Positions 29,431 to 39,076 of a stretch of 64,000 nucleotides of DNA are shown in pieces (the first letter of the stretch is position 1; the number at the start of each line of letters is the position of its first letter). A program made the translations under genes and the position numbers. The notes under the pieces are model-generated. The model worked only from the letters and a program-made list of their open reading frames with translations. It had not been told where the DNA came from and ran no database searches. The DNA comes from an uncultured Gammaproteobacteria bacterium (lineage in GTDB: Bacteria; Patescibacteriota; Patescibacteriia; SG8-24; DYFX01), in the NCBI GenBank assembly GCA_964404275.1, contig CAYOJH010000006.1:1525-65524 (forward strand), in the 5' to 3' direction.

Positions 29431-32400
29431 ATGCCCACCACGAAACGACCCGCGATCCTGGTTTTCGCCTTTCTCGCCTGCGCCCTGCTCGTCTCGCACT
29501 CGCGACCCGTCTCCGCGCTCTCGACCGGAACCCTCATTAAAGGAAGCGGATCGTCCGTGTACTTCTACGCCACCGACGGCAAGCGGCATATTTTTCCGAC
29601 GGAAAAAATCTACGACAGCTGGTATTCCGGTTTCACGGGCATCATCACCCTCTCCGACGCCGATCTGGCCGCCATCCAGCTCGGCGCGAACGTCACCTAT
29701 CATCCCGGCACGCGCATGGTGAAGATCCAGACCGATCCGAAGGTCTACGCCGTCTCCAAGGGAGGCGTGCTGCACTGGATCGCGAGCGAGAGCGTCGCCA
29801 GCGCGCTTTACGGCCCGAGTTGGAATACGATGATCGATGACATTCCCGACGCCTTCTTCTTCAACTATCCGGTGGGCAATCCGATCAACAGCGCGTCGGA
29901 TTTCGATCTGAACGCGGCCAAGAGCGTTTCATCCATTAACGACGATTTCTCGCCAGCGCCGTCCGCCACGACCACGTCGACGTCCACCGCGCCTGCGACG
30001 ACGACCACGACGACTTCGACCTCCACTGCACCCTCGACCACCACGACCACTACGGCCAACTTGATCAGCGATCCGGGCTTTGAATCCGGAACCGCCGGTT
30101 TTTACGCCCAGGAAACGACGGACGCGGCGGTCCGCACGACGACGGCGCCGATCACCGGCGCGGCCAGTTTGGAAGTGACGATCAAGAGCTGGGGCAATAA
30201 TGCCTGGTGGACCTATCACGCCTCGGGCACGCCGAACGGCAAAGCTTCGAAGCTGACCGTGACCGGCAAGCTGCGCGGCGACACGGTGCGCGGCGACACG
30301 ACGTTTGAATTCTGCGCGGCGGTCTATTACGCCGACGGCGGAGACGTCGTCCAGAAATGCGCCGAGGCCAGCAAGATCCAGAGCCAAACGACCGTCTTGG
30401 TCGCTTCGATTGATTTGGACGCGACCCGCGCGCTCGGCGACGTCGACATCCGCATGACCACGAACGGTCCCGGACCGGTCGCCTACGCGCTCGACGGCGT
30501 TTCGGCCGTGCTGACCCTGCCCGCCGGATCGACGACCTCGACGCCGACCACGACCACGACGACAACTCCGCCCTCCACGACGACGCCTCCGCCCACGACC
30601 ACGACGACCAATCCAGGTACCGCCGGTTATACCGCCATGCTGACGACCTCGGGCAGCACCTCCGCGCTGCCGGTCATCGCCGACGCGCAGGACCCGTCCG
30701 AACCGAACATGACGCCGGCCTTTCACGTCTCGGTGCCGACCGCGCAGTGCAATCGTATGCTCGGTTTCGTGAACCCGGCCATCGCCATCCCGACGACCTC
30801 CAAGATCCGCGAAGTCGAAGCGACCTGGAACGGAACGCCCCTTTCGCTGATCGATCCTTCCGGCGCGGAGGTCGCGGAAGACGCGCACGCTTGGGGCTCG
30901 ATGGTCGGCTTCTTCAAGCCGCTCTTCTCCCTGTCTTCGATCCCGGCCGGCAGCGGCACGCTCGCCGTCAAAGCGTTTGATGGCGGCCACAACCTGATGA
31001 CGACCGTCTCGCTTCCGAACCTGACGATCGCGACGCCGCCGGCGCCACTCACCGCCGCCCAGATCGCCGCGCAAAGTCATCCGCGCATCTACCTCACGCC
31101 TTCGCGCTTGGCGCAGATCAAGGCCAAGCCGTCGACGGATCCGACCGTCCAGCGCTTCTGGAGCAAAACCGGCGGCGTCGGCTATTTCCTGCAGTACTAC
31201 ACGACCGGCACCGATCCCGAGAGCTCCAGCTTCCAGAATCAAGTCTACAATCCGGAAGATTACATTCCCGCGCTCGCGCTCTGCTATCAGCTCGACAAGA
31301 CCTCCGATCCGACGACGGCCGCCAAGTGCGCCGACGCCGGAAAGAAGCTGACGCTTGCGATCGCGAACGGCTACAATTCCGGCGCGCGCTCGTATTCAAA
31401 TGACGACGGATACGACATCCGCTTCCAGCTGCGCGACATGATGCTCGCGTACGACTGGATGTACGATGAATTCAGCGCCAGCGACCGCTCCGCCATTGCC
31501 AAAGCCGGCACGGGCTTCGTCGATTGGTTCACGGCTTCCGGCTACGCGAACAAAACTCCGATCGAGAACTACTACGCGGGCTATCTTCAGGGCATCACGC
31601 TGACCGCCGTCGCGACCGCCGGCGACAACGCCGAGGCCGACCGCTTGCTGACGCTTCTCCGCAACAAGCTGACCAACGAAGTGCCGGTCATGAACCAGCG
31701 CCTGTGCGGCGGCGACTTCCCGGAGGGTTGGAACTACGGACCGTACACGATGCTCGAGCTCTCGCTCGTCAATCAGACGCTGAAAGATGCCGGCGAAGAC
31801 TGGAGCGCGGACTTCGACTTCATCCAATCGCTCGCGCGCAGCTTTACCTACCAGGTCACGCCGGACATGGCGATGACGGTGCCGTTCGGCGACTATTCCG
31901 GCGACTTGCCGCACAAGACGACGGCCTCCTTGCTCGCCGTCCTGAGCTCGACGACCTCCGACGGCCCGCTGGCGACGCGCCTCTACAACGCGATGGTCGG
32001 CAATCCGGCCAGCGACGTGACGCAGGATCGCGGCGGCACCTTCTACGAAATGATCTTCGGCAACACGACGCAGTCCGCGAGCCTTTCCGGAATGCCGCTC
32101 TCGTACCTGAACGCCGGCACGGGTCGCTTCTTCTCCAAATCGTCGCTGACCGACACGTCCGGCTATGAAGTCACGGCCGACAACGTCAGCTACTACCACG
32201 ACCATTACGGCTACGCGAACGGCGACGTCCAGCTCTGGCACGGCTCGACCTGCCTCCTGTGCTCCTCGGCCTACCGCGGCCCGAGCTTCATCGGCCTCGG
32301 CACGACCAAGGACTTCTCGACCTACATGATCAATGGCAAAGACGCGTCGGTGAACCGCAACAACCAGATGCTGTTCGACATCGATCAAGGCGCCTACTCC

Positions 32401-32889
32401 GCGCTCGGCATGCGCTTCGAATCGTCGTTCCCGACGAGTCGTTACGACGAAGGCATGATGGATCCGGCCATGCCGCTCGACTACCTGATCCGCGAAGTCG
32501 TGCACGTGCGCCCCGGCGTCCTGGTCGTGCGCGACCTGCATCGCCGCCGCCATTCGACGGACACGCTCGTCGCCAACTGGCATCTTGGCCCGACCGGCAC
32601 CGTTCAGACGATCGCGCCCGGCCAATACAAGGTCGGCAACGTGAACGTGGAAACGTTCGCGCCGACCGGCACCACGAGCGTCTTCAGCACGGACGTCGAC
32701 GCGAAGGGGAATGCGATTGGCACCTTGATGCGGCAGACCTTCCCGAACAATACGAACCAGATGGAAACGGTGACCGTCATCTCGGACGTCGCGAGCGCCT
32801 CGAGCTACGTGAACGGCACGGTCAAGCTCTCGACCGGCCAGTGCGTGAACTTCGCGAACGGCGGAGTCAGCGTCGCGAGCTGCCAGTAA
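29431..32889 (+). CDS. large secreted protein (1152 aa) with Thr/Ser-rich linkers; C-terminal half possibly polysaccharide lyase/heparinase II/III-like
   Basis: Signal peptide MPTTKRPAILVFAFLACALLVSHSRPVSA (ATG 29431; ORF track extends upstream); T/S-rich linkers (TTSTSTAPATTTTTTSTSTAPSTTTTT); N-terminal ~110-aa domain shared with surface protein 33896..36697; lyase assignment is inference only. Confidence 0.55.
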   Translation: MPTTKRPAILVFAFLACALLVSHSRPVSALSTGTLIKGSGSSVYFYATDGKRHIFPTEKIYDSWYSGFTGIITLSDADLAAIQLGANVTYHPGTRMVKIQTDPKVYAVSKGGVLHWIASESVASALYGPSWNTMIDDIPDAFFFNYPVGNPINSASDFDLNAAKSVSSINDDFSPAPSATTTSTSTAPATTTTTTSTSTAPSTTTTTTANLISDPGFESGTAGFYAQETTDAAVRTTTAPITGAASLEVTIKSWGNNAWWTYHASGTPNGKASKLTVTGKLRGDTVRGDTTFEFCAAVYYADGGDVVQKCAEASKIQSQTTVLVASIDLDATRALGDVDIRMTTNGPGPVAYALDGVSAVLTLPAGSTTSTPTTTTTTTPPSTTTPPPTTTTTNPGTAGYTAMLTTSGSTSALPVIADAQDPSEPNMTPAFHVSVPTAQCNRMLGFVNPAIAIPTTSKIREVEATWNGTPLSLIDPSGAEVAEDAHAWGSMVGFFKPLFSLSSIPAGSGTLAVKAFDGGHNLMTTVSLPNLTIATPPAPLTAAQIAAQSHPRIYLTPSRLAQIKAKPSTDPTVQRFWSKTGGVGYFLQYYTTGTDPESSSFQNQVYNPEDYIPALALCYQLDKTSDPTTAAKCADAGKKLTLAIANGYNSGARSYSNDDGYDIRFQLRDMMLAYDWMYDEFSASDRSAIAKAGTGFVDWFTASGYANKTPIENYYAGYLQGITLTAVATAGDNAEADRLLTLLRNKLTNEVPVMNQRLCGGDFPEGWNYGPYTMLELSLVNQTLKDAGEDWSADFDFIQSLARSFTYQVTPDMAMTVPFGDYSGDLPHKTTASLLAVLSSTTSDGPLATRLYNAMVGNPASDVTQDRGGTFYEMIFGNTTQSASLSGMPLSYLNAGTGRFFSKSSLTDTSGYEVTADNVSYYHDHYGYANGDVQLWHGSTCLLCSSAYRGPSFIGLGTTKDFSTYMINGKDASVNRNNQMLFDIDQGAYSALGMRFESSFPTSRYDEGMMDPAMPLDYLIREVVHVRPGVLVVRDLHRRRHSTDTLVANWHLGPTGTVQTIAPGQYKVGNVNVETFAPTGTTSVFSTDVDAKGNAIGTLMRQTFPNNTNQMETVTVISDVASASSYVNGTVKLSTGQCVNFANGGVSVASCQ

Positions 32890-32900
32890 GGAGAAAAATC

Positions 32901-32926
32901 AAAAACACCCGACCGGGTGTTTTTGA
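32901..32926. terminator. rho-independent terminator
   Basis: aaaaacaccc-gacc-gggtgttttt perfect hairpin 12 bp after stop at 32889. Confidence 0.55.
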
Positions 32927-32971
32927 TTGACGCGGAAAACGAATCGTGAGAAAACCTGCCCAGGAGGCGGC

Positions 32972-33391
32972 ATGAGCACTTTGAGAGAACAGATCGCGGA
33001 GCGCATGAGGCAAGCTTACGAGAAGAAGATCCAAGACAAGACCGAGACGATCGCCAAGCATCTTGGCACGGATCGGAAGCCCAGCAGAGGCTGGTGGCAG
33101 ATCTTCAAGAATGAGTGTTTCGAGATCGAGTACATGCACGAGTGCGAACGGCACTCGGAAGACTGGGCTTCGACCGCCACCACGATCAAGCACGCCGGCA
33201 AGCTCGTCTACGAAGAGACCGGCGAGAAAGGCCTGACCTGCTTTATTCCCGGCGCATGGGAGCAAGATTTCGAAGCCCTCTACGCGCAGGCGAATCGCAA
33301 GATCGAAGAGGACGCGAAGGCGGCGGAAGCCAAACGGATGCAGACGACCGCAATCAATGAAGAGGCAGAGCGGAAGAGATGGGGACTCTGA
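32972..33391 (+). CDS. hypothetical protein
   Basis: ATG at 32972 preceded by caggagg RBS; no recognisable domain. Confidence 0.4.
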   Translation: MSTLREQIAERMRQAYEKKIQDKTETIAKHLGTDRKPSRGWWQIFKNECFEIEYMHECERHSEDWASTATTIKHAGKLVYEETGEKGLTCFIPGAWEQDFEALYAQANRKIEEDAKAAEAKRMQTTAINEEAERKRWGL

Positions 33392-33449
33392 CGGCGCGAC
33401 AGTTGTCGCGCTTTTTGTTACGCTGACAGCAGAATATTTTTCTTTTTCT

Positions 33450-33848
33450 ATGATGAGCCGTGAAAAGGCCGTCGATATCGCCGTGTTCCTGCTCCGCATC
33501 GTGGCCGGGTATCTGTTTGTTCAGAACGGAGGCTTGAAGATGTTCGGCTGGTACGGAGGCATGCCGGCCGGCATGCCGTTCCCGCCCATCCTGCACGTCG
33601 CGGGCTTCCTGGAATTCTTCGGCGGCATCGCGATCCTGCTCGGCCTCTTCACGCGGCCAGTCGCGTTCGTCCTCTCGGGCGAGATGGCCGTCGCGTATTT
33701 CATGGGCCACGCTTCGCAAGGCCACGTCTTCGTGCCGCTCCTCAACATGGGCCAGCCCGCCGTGTTGCTCTGCTTCATCTTTCTGTTCTTCGCCGCGTAC
33801 GGCGCGGGCGAGTGGAGCGTGGACGCGAAGCTGAAAAAGAAAGCGTGA
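33450..33848 (+). CDS. DoxX family membrane protein
   Basis: Small 4-TM protein, VDIAVFLLRIVAGYLFVQNGGLKMFGW typical DoxX N-terminus. Confidence 0.65.
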   Translation: MMSREKAVDIAVFLLRIVAGYLFVQNGGLKMFGWYGGMPAGMPFPPILHVAGFLEFFGGIAILLGLFTRPVAFVLSGEMAVAYFMGHASQGHVFVPLLNMGQPAVLLCFIFLFFAAYGAGEWSVDAKLKKKA

Positions 33849-33895
33849 ACGCAAAAGAACCGCCGATCAGGCGGTTCTTTTGACCTCTCTTCCCC

Positions 33896-36697
33896 CTATT
33901 TCGCCAAATACTGATTCAGCGCTTCGATTGTTGATGCGCTCATGGCGCCGACGGGAGCGAGGCCTTGTTTCAGTTCGAAGGCTTTGAGGGCGCTTTGCGT
34001 GATCGGGCCGAAGAAGCCGGTCGGAGCAATGGTTTTCGGAAAGTCGCCGAGGCATTGCAGGAGCTTTTGGATCGCCGTGATTTGCGCGACGACCTTTCCC
34101 GAAGCGGGAGAGCTGATGAACGTGGCGTCGGTCGTGCAGGCCAGGCCGGACGGCGCGAGGACCGAAACGTCTTCCGCGGCGGTGATCGGTTCGCCGATCA
34201 CGTAGCCGTTTTTCAAGAGCGTGTCCGAGACATCGGAGATCATGCGCGTCCAGTTGCTGCCGTAAAGCGCGCGAGCGACCGTTTCGTCGGCGATCCAGCG
34301 CAGCACGCCGCCTTTGGCGACGGCATAGACTTTCGGATCCGATTGAATCTTCAGCAAGCGGCTACCCGGCCGGTAGGTGACGTTGCTGCCGAGGGGAATG
34401 GCGGCGATCGCGCTGGCGCTCACGATCTGCACGCCGGAAAAATCTTTATACCAGCTGGCGTAGGTTCCGGCATTCGGGAACGGATACCGGCGTCCGTCCG
34501 CGCCGCAGAAGAAGATGACGGAATCCGATTGCGTAGACGGGTCACCGTCATCCGCCAGCTTCATACGCGCGTCGGCAGCGCACATGATCGGCACGCTGGA
34601 GGACGGCGCTTCCAAATTCTTGTCGGCGTTGATCGTGGACGCGGAAGCGAGCGCATCGGCGGCGCGATAAGGAACGAACCCCGTATCAGGCAAGCGCGGG
34701 ACGACGTCGGCCACGACCACGATGGCGATCGCGTAGTCTTTGACGGCCAGTCCGTTGGCTTCTCCGCTGGCCACGGCCGTATTCGCCGTGGTTTTGATGA
34801 TGTTCGTGCGGCAGGTGTGCGTCCACGTTTCGTTCGTATCAAGCCGACCGTCGCCATTCGTGTCGCCCGAGACGTACTGCATCGGACTGCAGGTATCGTC
34901 TGTTAGATGGATGTTGCTGAGCGGCACCGCGCCCGGGTTGGTGATTTTTTCCGTGTACGTGACCGCGCCCCCTCCGGAGGTCAGCGTCAACGGACTCGGA
35001 ATTTTGGTCACGTGGATCAGAGGCGGCACGACAACGCCCGTATTCGGCAAGCCCGGCGCGCCGACCACGACGGTTGCCGTCGCGATGTCCGAAGCGATCA
35101 GACCGTTGGCCCAACCGGTCGCGACAACCGTGTTGGTGTGGGTTTGCGAAAGCGTGGTCGCGCAGCGATAGACCCATGTTTCGTCCACGTCGAGCTTGGC
35201 GTCGGCATTGGTGTCGCCGGAGAGCAGCGTGATGGGGCTGCACGAGTCGCCGACCATCGCGATGTTCGTCACCGGTACCGTGCCGATGTTGCGCAGCGTG
35301 TAGGTATAGCTGACCGGACCTGGGCCGCCCGGCAGCGCCAGGGGACTCGGCACTTTCACGACATCGATCAGCGGCGGCACGGGCGGGACGAGAATCGGCG
35401 CGCCGATGTCGTCATTGATGAGAATGCAGAACTTCACGTCGCCGGGATTGAGATTCAGTCGGCCGGTGGCGTCGCAATCGCCGGAGAACGTATGCTTGTA
35501 GTTTGCGGCATTGGTTTCCGTTACCGCGTAGACGCCGGCCGGCGCGGGGAAATCATTGCTGATCCCGGAGGCGACCGGAATGCCGTTCACGAAGAGGGGA
35601 AAATCGCTGTATGCCTTGTTGTCGCCGTTATCGTTGATGACGGTTTTTACGACCGTGATCGTGCCCGTGTGCACGCCTCCGCCTGTTGGCGCGGGACCGA
35701 CGGGCGGCGTCAGGCCCTGCACGGTGAAGGCCATCGCGTTGGACGCGCCGCCGCCCGGAGCCGGAGTCACGACGGTCACGGGCAGCGTCGCGGCGGTCGC
35801 GAGATCCGAAGAGGGGATCAAAGCGGTCAATTGCGTCGAGGATGCGTACGTCGTGACGCGATTCGAACCGTTCCATTGCACGACCGAAGCCGGAAAGAAG
35901 TTCGCGCCGTTCACGGTGATCGTGAAACCGGCATCCGTCGTGAGTTTTGTCGCGGGACTGATCGTCGTGACCGTCGGGACGGTATACGGTAATTCAAAGT
36001 CGTACGTCGTCACGGCATTGCTTACGCCGATGCTGAAAGCGTCGACGCTTCCCACGAAGCCGCTCGTCCAGCCGCCGCCGGCTTTGAATTGGACCGTGCC
36101 CGTGTTCGCCCCGGCGGAACGGACGCCGGCGTTCGGAAAATCAGCCAGCACTTCCGACCAGGTGCACGGATTGCCGATCGTGCATTTCGCGTTTCCCGGC
36201 GCGCCGGTGAACCACCAGTTGCCCGTGCCGGCGTTGTCGAGGGGATCCCAGGTCTGCCATGTTCCGGTCGAAACGGCGTGCGTATAGTACGGTTCGTAGA
36301 CGAGCCGCCCCTGCCAGGCGGTGTTGGTGTCGGTGACATTGGTGTCGATGTCGAATTGGAGCGAAGGCGCGAGCGCGCCGCTGCCGGACGTCCGATATGT
36401 GCCGTAGGCGAGAGAGGTGATGGCATCAAGCCGCGTGCCGACGTACGCGAACGTCCCGAAGATTTCTCCGCCGGTGCTGTTGACCGTGAGTTGCGCGCTG
36501 CCGCCGCCGAGCGGAGGCGCGGACGGACCGTACGTGAAGGTGCCGGAACCCGTCGGCGTTTCTTGGAAAAAAAACCAGCCGTTCATATCGGCCGGAGTGA
36601 CGACCACCGGAGACGCCGCTTTCGCGGGTCGCGCGGCACCCGCCAAGGCCAAAGCGATTCCGATCAGGCCCAGAAAAAGATTGAAATTTTTCTTCAC
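33896..36697 (-). CDS. large secreted surface protein with Cna-B-like and DUF11-like repeat domains and C-terminal peptidoglycan-binding (PG_binding_1-like) domain
   Basis: GTG start overlapping sortase stop (GTGA); signal peptide; TITVVKTVINDNGDNK...GVYAVTETNAANY (Cna-B type); two ~110-aa Cys-containing repeats; C-terminal GFFGPITQSALKAFELKQGLAPVGAMSASTIEAL resembles PG_binding_1; no C-terminal sorting signal. Confidence 0.7.
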   Translation of the reverse strand: MKKNFNLFLGLIGIALALAGAARPAKAASPVVVTPADMNGWFFFQETPTGSGTFTYGPSAPPLGGGSAQLTVNSTGGEIFGTFAYVGTRLDAITSLAYGTYRTSGSGALAPSLQFDIDTNVTDTNTAWQGRLVYEPYYTHAVSTGTWQTWDPLDNAGTGNWWFTGAPGNAKCTIGNPCTWSEVLADFPNAGVRSAGANTGTVQFKAGGGWTSGFVGSVDAFSIGVSNAVTTYDFELPYTVPTVTTISPATKLTTDAGFTITVNGANFFPASVVQWNGSNRVTTYASSTQLTALIPSSDLATAATLPVTVVTPAPGGGASNAMAFTVQGLTPPVGPAPTGGGVHTGTITVVKTVINDNGDNKAYSDFPLFVNGIPVASGISNDFPAPAGVYAVTETNAANYKHTFSGDCDATGRLNLNPGDVKFCILINDDIGAPILVPPVPPLIDVVKVPSPLALPGGPGPVSYTYTLRNIGTVPVTNIAMVGDSCSPITLLSGDTNADAKLDVDETWVYRCATTLSQTHTNTVVATGWANGLIASDIATATVVVGAPGLPNTGVVVPPLIHVTKIPSPLTLTSGGGAVTYTEKITNPGAVPLSNIHLTDDTCSPMQYVSGDTNGDGRLDTNETWTHTCRTNIIKTTANTAVASGEANGLAVKDYAIAIVVVADVVPRLPDTGFVPYRAADALASASTINADKNLEAPSSSVPIMCAADARMKLADDGDPSTQSDSVIFFCGADGRRYPFPNAGTYASWYKDFSGVQIVSASAIAAIPLGSNVTYRPGSRLLKIQSDPKVYAVAKGGVLRWIADETVARALYGSNWTRMISDVSDTLLKNGYVIGEPITAAEDVSVLAPSGLACTTDATFISSPASGKVVAQITAIQKLLQCLGDFPKTIAPTGFFGPITQSALKAFELKQGLAPVGAMSASTIEALNQYLAK

Positions 36698-37356
36698 AAG
36701 TTTGAATAGTATTCGTCTTTTCGATCGGCAAAAACCACGAGCCGTTTGTTGTACTGTTTAGCGCGTTTGTCCCATACGCCGACGACGCAGGTCACGAGAT
36801 TGAGATGCGATCCTCCATCGCTGGAACCGAAGACGTCGGTCGTATCCGCGCCCGCGTCGTATTGCCGGATATCGCGCACCACGAAGGTCGTGACGACACC
36901 CTTGTCGTCCTGGACCAGGATCGTATCGCCGGGTTTCGTTTTTTTCAGATTCGCGAAGGCCGCGGTCGCTCCGTAGAGCCAATTCACGTGTCCGGCGATG
37001 ACCGCGCTGCCCGTCTCTCCCGGACGAGGTCCTAACGCGTACCAAGCGGCATCTTTGGGACGCCGAGGCACGTTCATGGAACCGTCTGCCGCCAACGCGA
37101 CCTGCTCGACAGCCGCGTTCAAGGAGACGCGCGGGATTTTGATTCGTACGGGAATGCCGAAGCTCTTCTTGACCGAGACGGCTTTCGGGACCTGAACCAC
37201 AGCGAGCATGGTCGATCCGTCGCTGGCCTCAACGGCATTCACCAACGCGTCGCGCATGAGGACGCTTTGCCAGAAAAACGCGGCGATGCCGACCGCCAAG
37301 GCCAAGAATGCGCCCAGCACGCCCTTGTGTATGTGCCCCCTGTTCTTTTTATGCAT
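36694..37356 (-). CDS. sortase (class E/F-like transpeptidase)
   Basis: N-terminal TM anchor; catalytic His (AVIAGHVNW), TLxTC Cys (LNLVTCVVG) and Arg (RLVVFADR). Confidence 0.8.
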   Translation of the reverse strand: MHKKNRGHIHKGVLGAFLALAVGIAAFFWQSVLMRDALVNAVEASDGSTMLAVVQVPKAVSVKKSFGIPVRIKIPRVSLNAAVEQVALAADGSMNVPRRPKDAAWYALGPRPGETGSAVIAGHVNWLYGATAAFANLKKTKPGDTILVQDDKGVVTTFVVRDIRQYDAGADTTDVFGSSDGGSHLNLVTCVVGVWDKRAKQYNKRLVVFADRKDEYYSNL

Positions 37357-37365
37357 ACGCCTTAT

Positions 37366-37401
37366 GAAGAAGAGCCGCGCGCCCGCGCCCGGCTCTTCTT
37401 C
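37366..37401. promoter_or_regulatory. intergenic stem-loop immediately upstream of sortase RBS (possible attenuator/terminator)
   Basis: gaagaagagccg-cgcgcccgcgcc-cggctcttcttc perfect 12-bp stem; lies between surface-protein gene stop (37413) and sortase start (37356). Confidence 0.4.
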
Positions 37402-37412
37402 AAGAATGCATT

Positions 37413-39074
37413 TTAACGGCCGCGCGAAGCGATCCTTTTTTTCTTCCGGCGAGGCGCAATCAGGTGCATGGCGTAGAGGAGCACGGCGACGAAGGCGCCG
37501 GCCGCGACAAGACTCCAGGTCAGGATGCGGCTCGCAAGGGCGACCGTCGATGTCGCCGAAGCCGTGACGACAGGCAGCGTCCGCGCAGCCGCGATCGGCA
37601 AGGCGGGAACCGGCGTGGCTACCACGACGGTTGCGACGGCGAAGTCTCGTACGGTGAAACCGTTGGCGCTGCCGATGACGACGGCCGTATTCGTCGTGGT
37701 CTTGGAGAGTTTTGCCTTGCAGGTATAGATCCAGGCTTCGGACGGATCAAGTTCTCCGTCCCCGTTCTTGTCGCCGGAGATGCGCTTTAAAGGAGCGCAC
37801 TTGTCGTCCGTAATGCGGACATGGCTGAGCGCAACCTTTCCCGGGTTCGTGATTCTTTCCGTGTACGTGACGTCGCCTCCTCCGGCGGGCAAGGTCAGCG
37901 GGCTCGGAATTTTCGTGACATGGATCAAGGGGGGCGCCGCGATGCCGGCATTCGGCAGCTCCGGAGCGCTGACCACGACCGTCGCGCTTGCGAGGTCGAT
38001 CGCGCTCAGACCGTTGGCCCAACCGGTCGCGACGACCGTGTTGGTGTGGGTTTGCGAGAGCGTGGTCGTGCAGCGATACACCCACGTTTCGTCCACGTCG
38101 AGCTTGGCGTCGGCGTTGGCATCGCCGGAGATGAGCGTGATAGGACTGCAGGAATCGCCGATCATCGTGATATTCGTGACCGGTACCGTGCCGATATTGC
38201 GGAGCGTGTACGTGTACTCGACCGGACCGGGACCGTGCGTTAAGGCCAAGGGATTCGGCACTTTGACGACGTCGATCAAGGGAGGTACCGGAGGAATGAC
38301 GACGGGCGGTGGGGGAGGAGGCTCGGGAGGGATCACGATGGGCGGCGGCGCGGGCACGAAGATATCGTCATTCGTGACGATGCAGACGCGGTTGTCGCCG
38401 GGGTTCAGGTTCAGCTGGCCATTGATATCGCAGTCGCCAGAGAATGTCCGGATATACCCCGCATCGCCGGCTTCCGTTACGGTGAAGACATCGCCCGTGG
38501 CAAGGTAATCGTTCGTCACTCCAGATGCGACTCGGTTTCCGTTCACATAGAGCGGAAAGTCGGAGATGGTTCTGGCGCCGCCGTTGTCGTTGACGACGAT
38601 TTTAACGACGTTGATCGTCCCCATGCGCGACGTCCCTCCTCCGGATGAAGAGGGGCTTGCGGGAGTCGGAGCGGGCGGGACGGCGTTGACGCAGGGTCCG
38701 AAAGAGGTCCAGGTATCCGTCGCGCAAGAGTAACGCGTGCCGCAGAGCAGGATCGTGCCGGCCGTGTCGGCGTACAGCGAGATGTCATGTCCGGTCGTCG
38801 GTGCCCCGCAGTTGTCATTCCCGTTCGGGATGTTCGTTTGCGTGCCGTTCGGCTCCGCGCTCGCGATGAGTCCGGAATAGGTTGGCGCGTTACCGATGAG
38901 GTTATAAAACCAATAGGCATCCGCGCCCGTGTTCTTTCCGGTATACGAACACGTGTCAATGTATTGAACGTGGGTGGTGCAGGTGATTGAGGCGACGTCC
39001 GATGCCAGCGAGGGCGTCGCGCTCAAGAGCATGAGCGCGACGATCGAAATCCCCAGCCCTTTGGGGTAGTTCAT
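37413..39074 (-). CDS. cell-surface repeat protein (Cna-B-like + DUF11-like repeats) with non-canonical C-terminal sorting-signal-like tail
   Basis: Signal peptide MNYPKGLGISIVALMLLSA (ATG at 39074); Cys-rich N-domain, GTINVVKIVVNDNGGARTISDFPLYVNG Cna-B module, two DUF11-like repeats; C-terminus LPVVTAS...hydrophobic...PRRKKKRIASRGR. Confidence 0.65.
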   Translation of the reverse strand: MNYPKGLGISIVALMLLSATPSLASDVASITCTTHVQYIDTCSYTGKNTGADAYWFYNLIGNAPTYSGLIASAEPNGTQTNIPNGNDNCGAPTTGHDISLYADTAGTILLCGTRYSCATDTWTSFGPCVNAVPPAPTPASPSSSGGGTSRMGTINVVKIVVNDNGGARTISDFPLYVNGNRVASGVTNDYLATGDVFTVTEAGDAGYIRTFSGDCDINGQLNLNPGDNRVCIVTNDDIFVPAPPPIVIPPEPPPPPPVVIPPVPPLIDVVKVPNPLALTHGPGPVEYTYTLRNIGTVPVTNITMIGDSCSPITLISGDANADAKLDVDETWVYRCTTTLSQTHTNTVVATGWANGLSAIDLASATVVVSAPELPNAGIAAPPLIHVTKIPSPLTLPAGGGDVTYTERITNPGKVALSHVRITDDKCAPLKRISGDKNGDGELDPSEAWIYTCKAKLSKTTTNTAVVIGSANGFTVRDFAVATVVVATPVPALPIAAARTLPVVTASATSTVALASRILTWSLVAAGAFVAVLLYAMHLIAPRRKKKRIASRGR

Positions 39075-39076
39075 AG

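Noticed and set aside
34700-35400. Internal LPNTG / LPDTG pentapeptides in the 933-aa surface protein as sorting signals
   Set aside because: They are not followed by a hydrophobic segment plus basic tail and lie mid-protein inside repeat units. Only C-terminal motif+TM+KR tails were counted as sorting signals.
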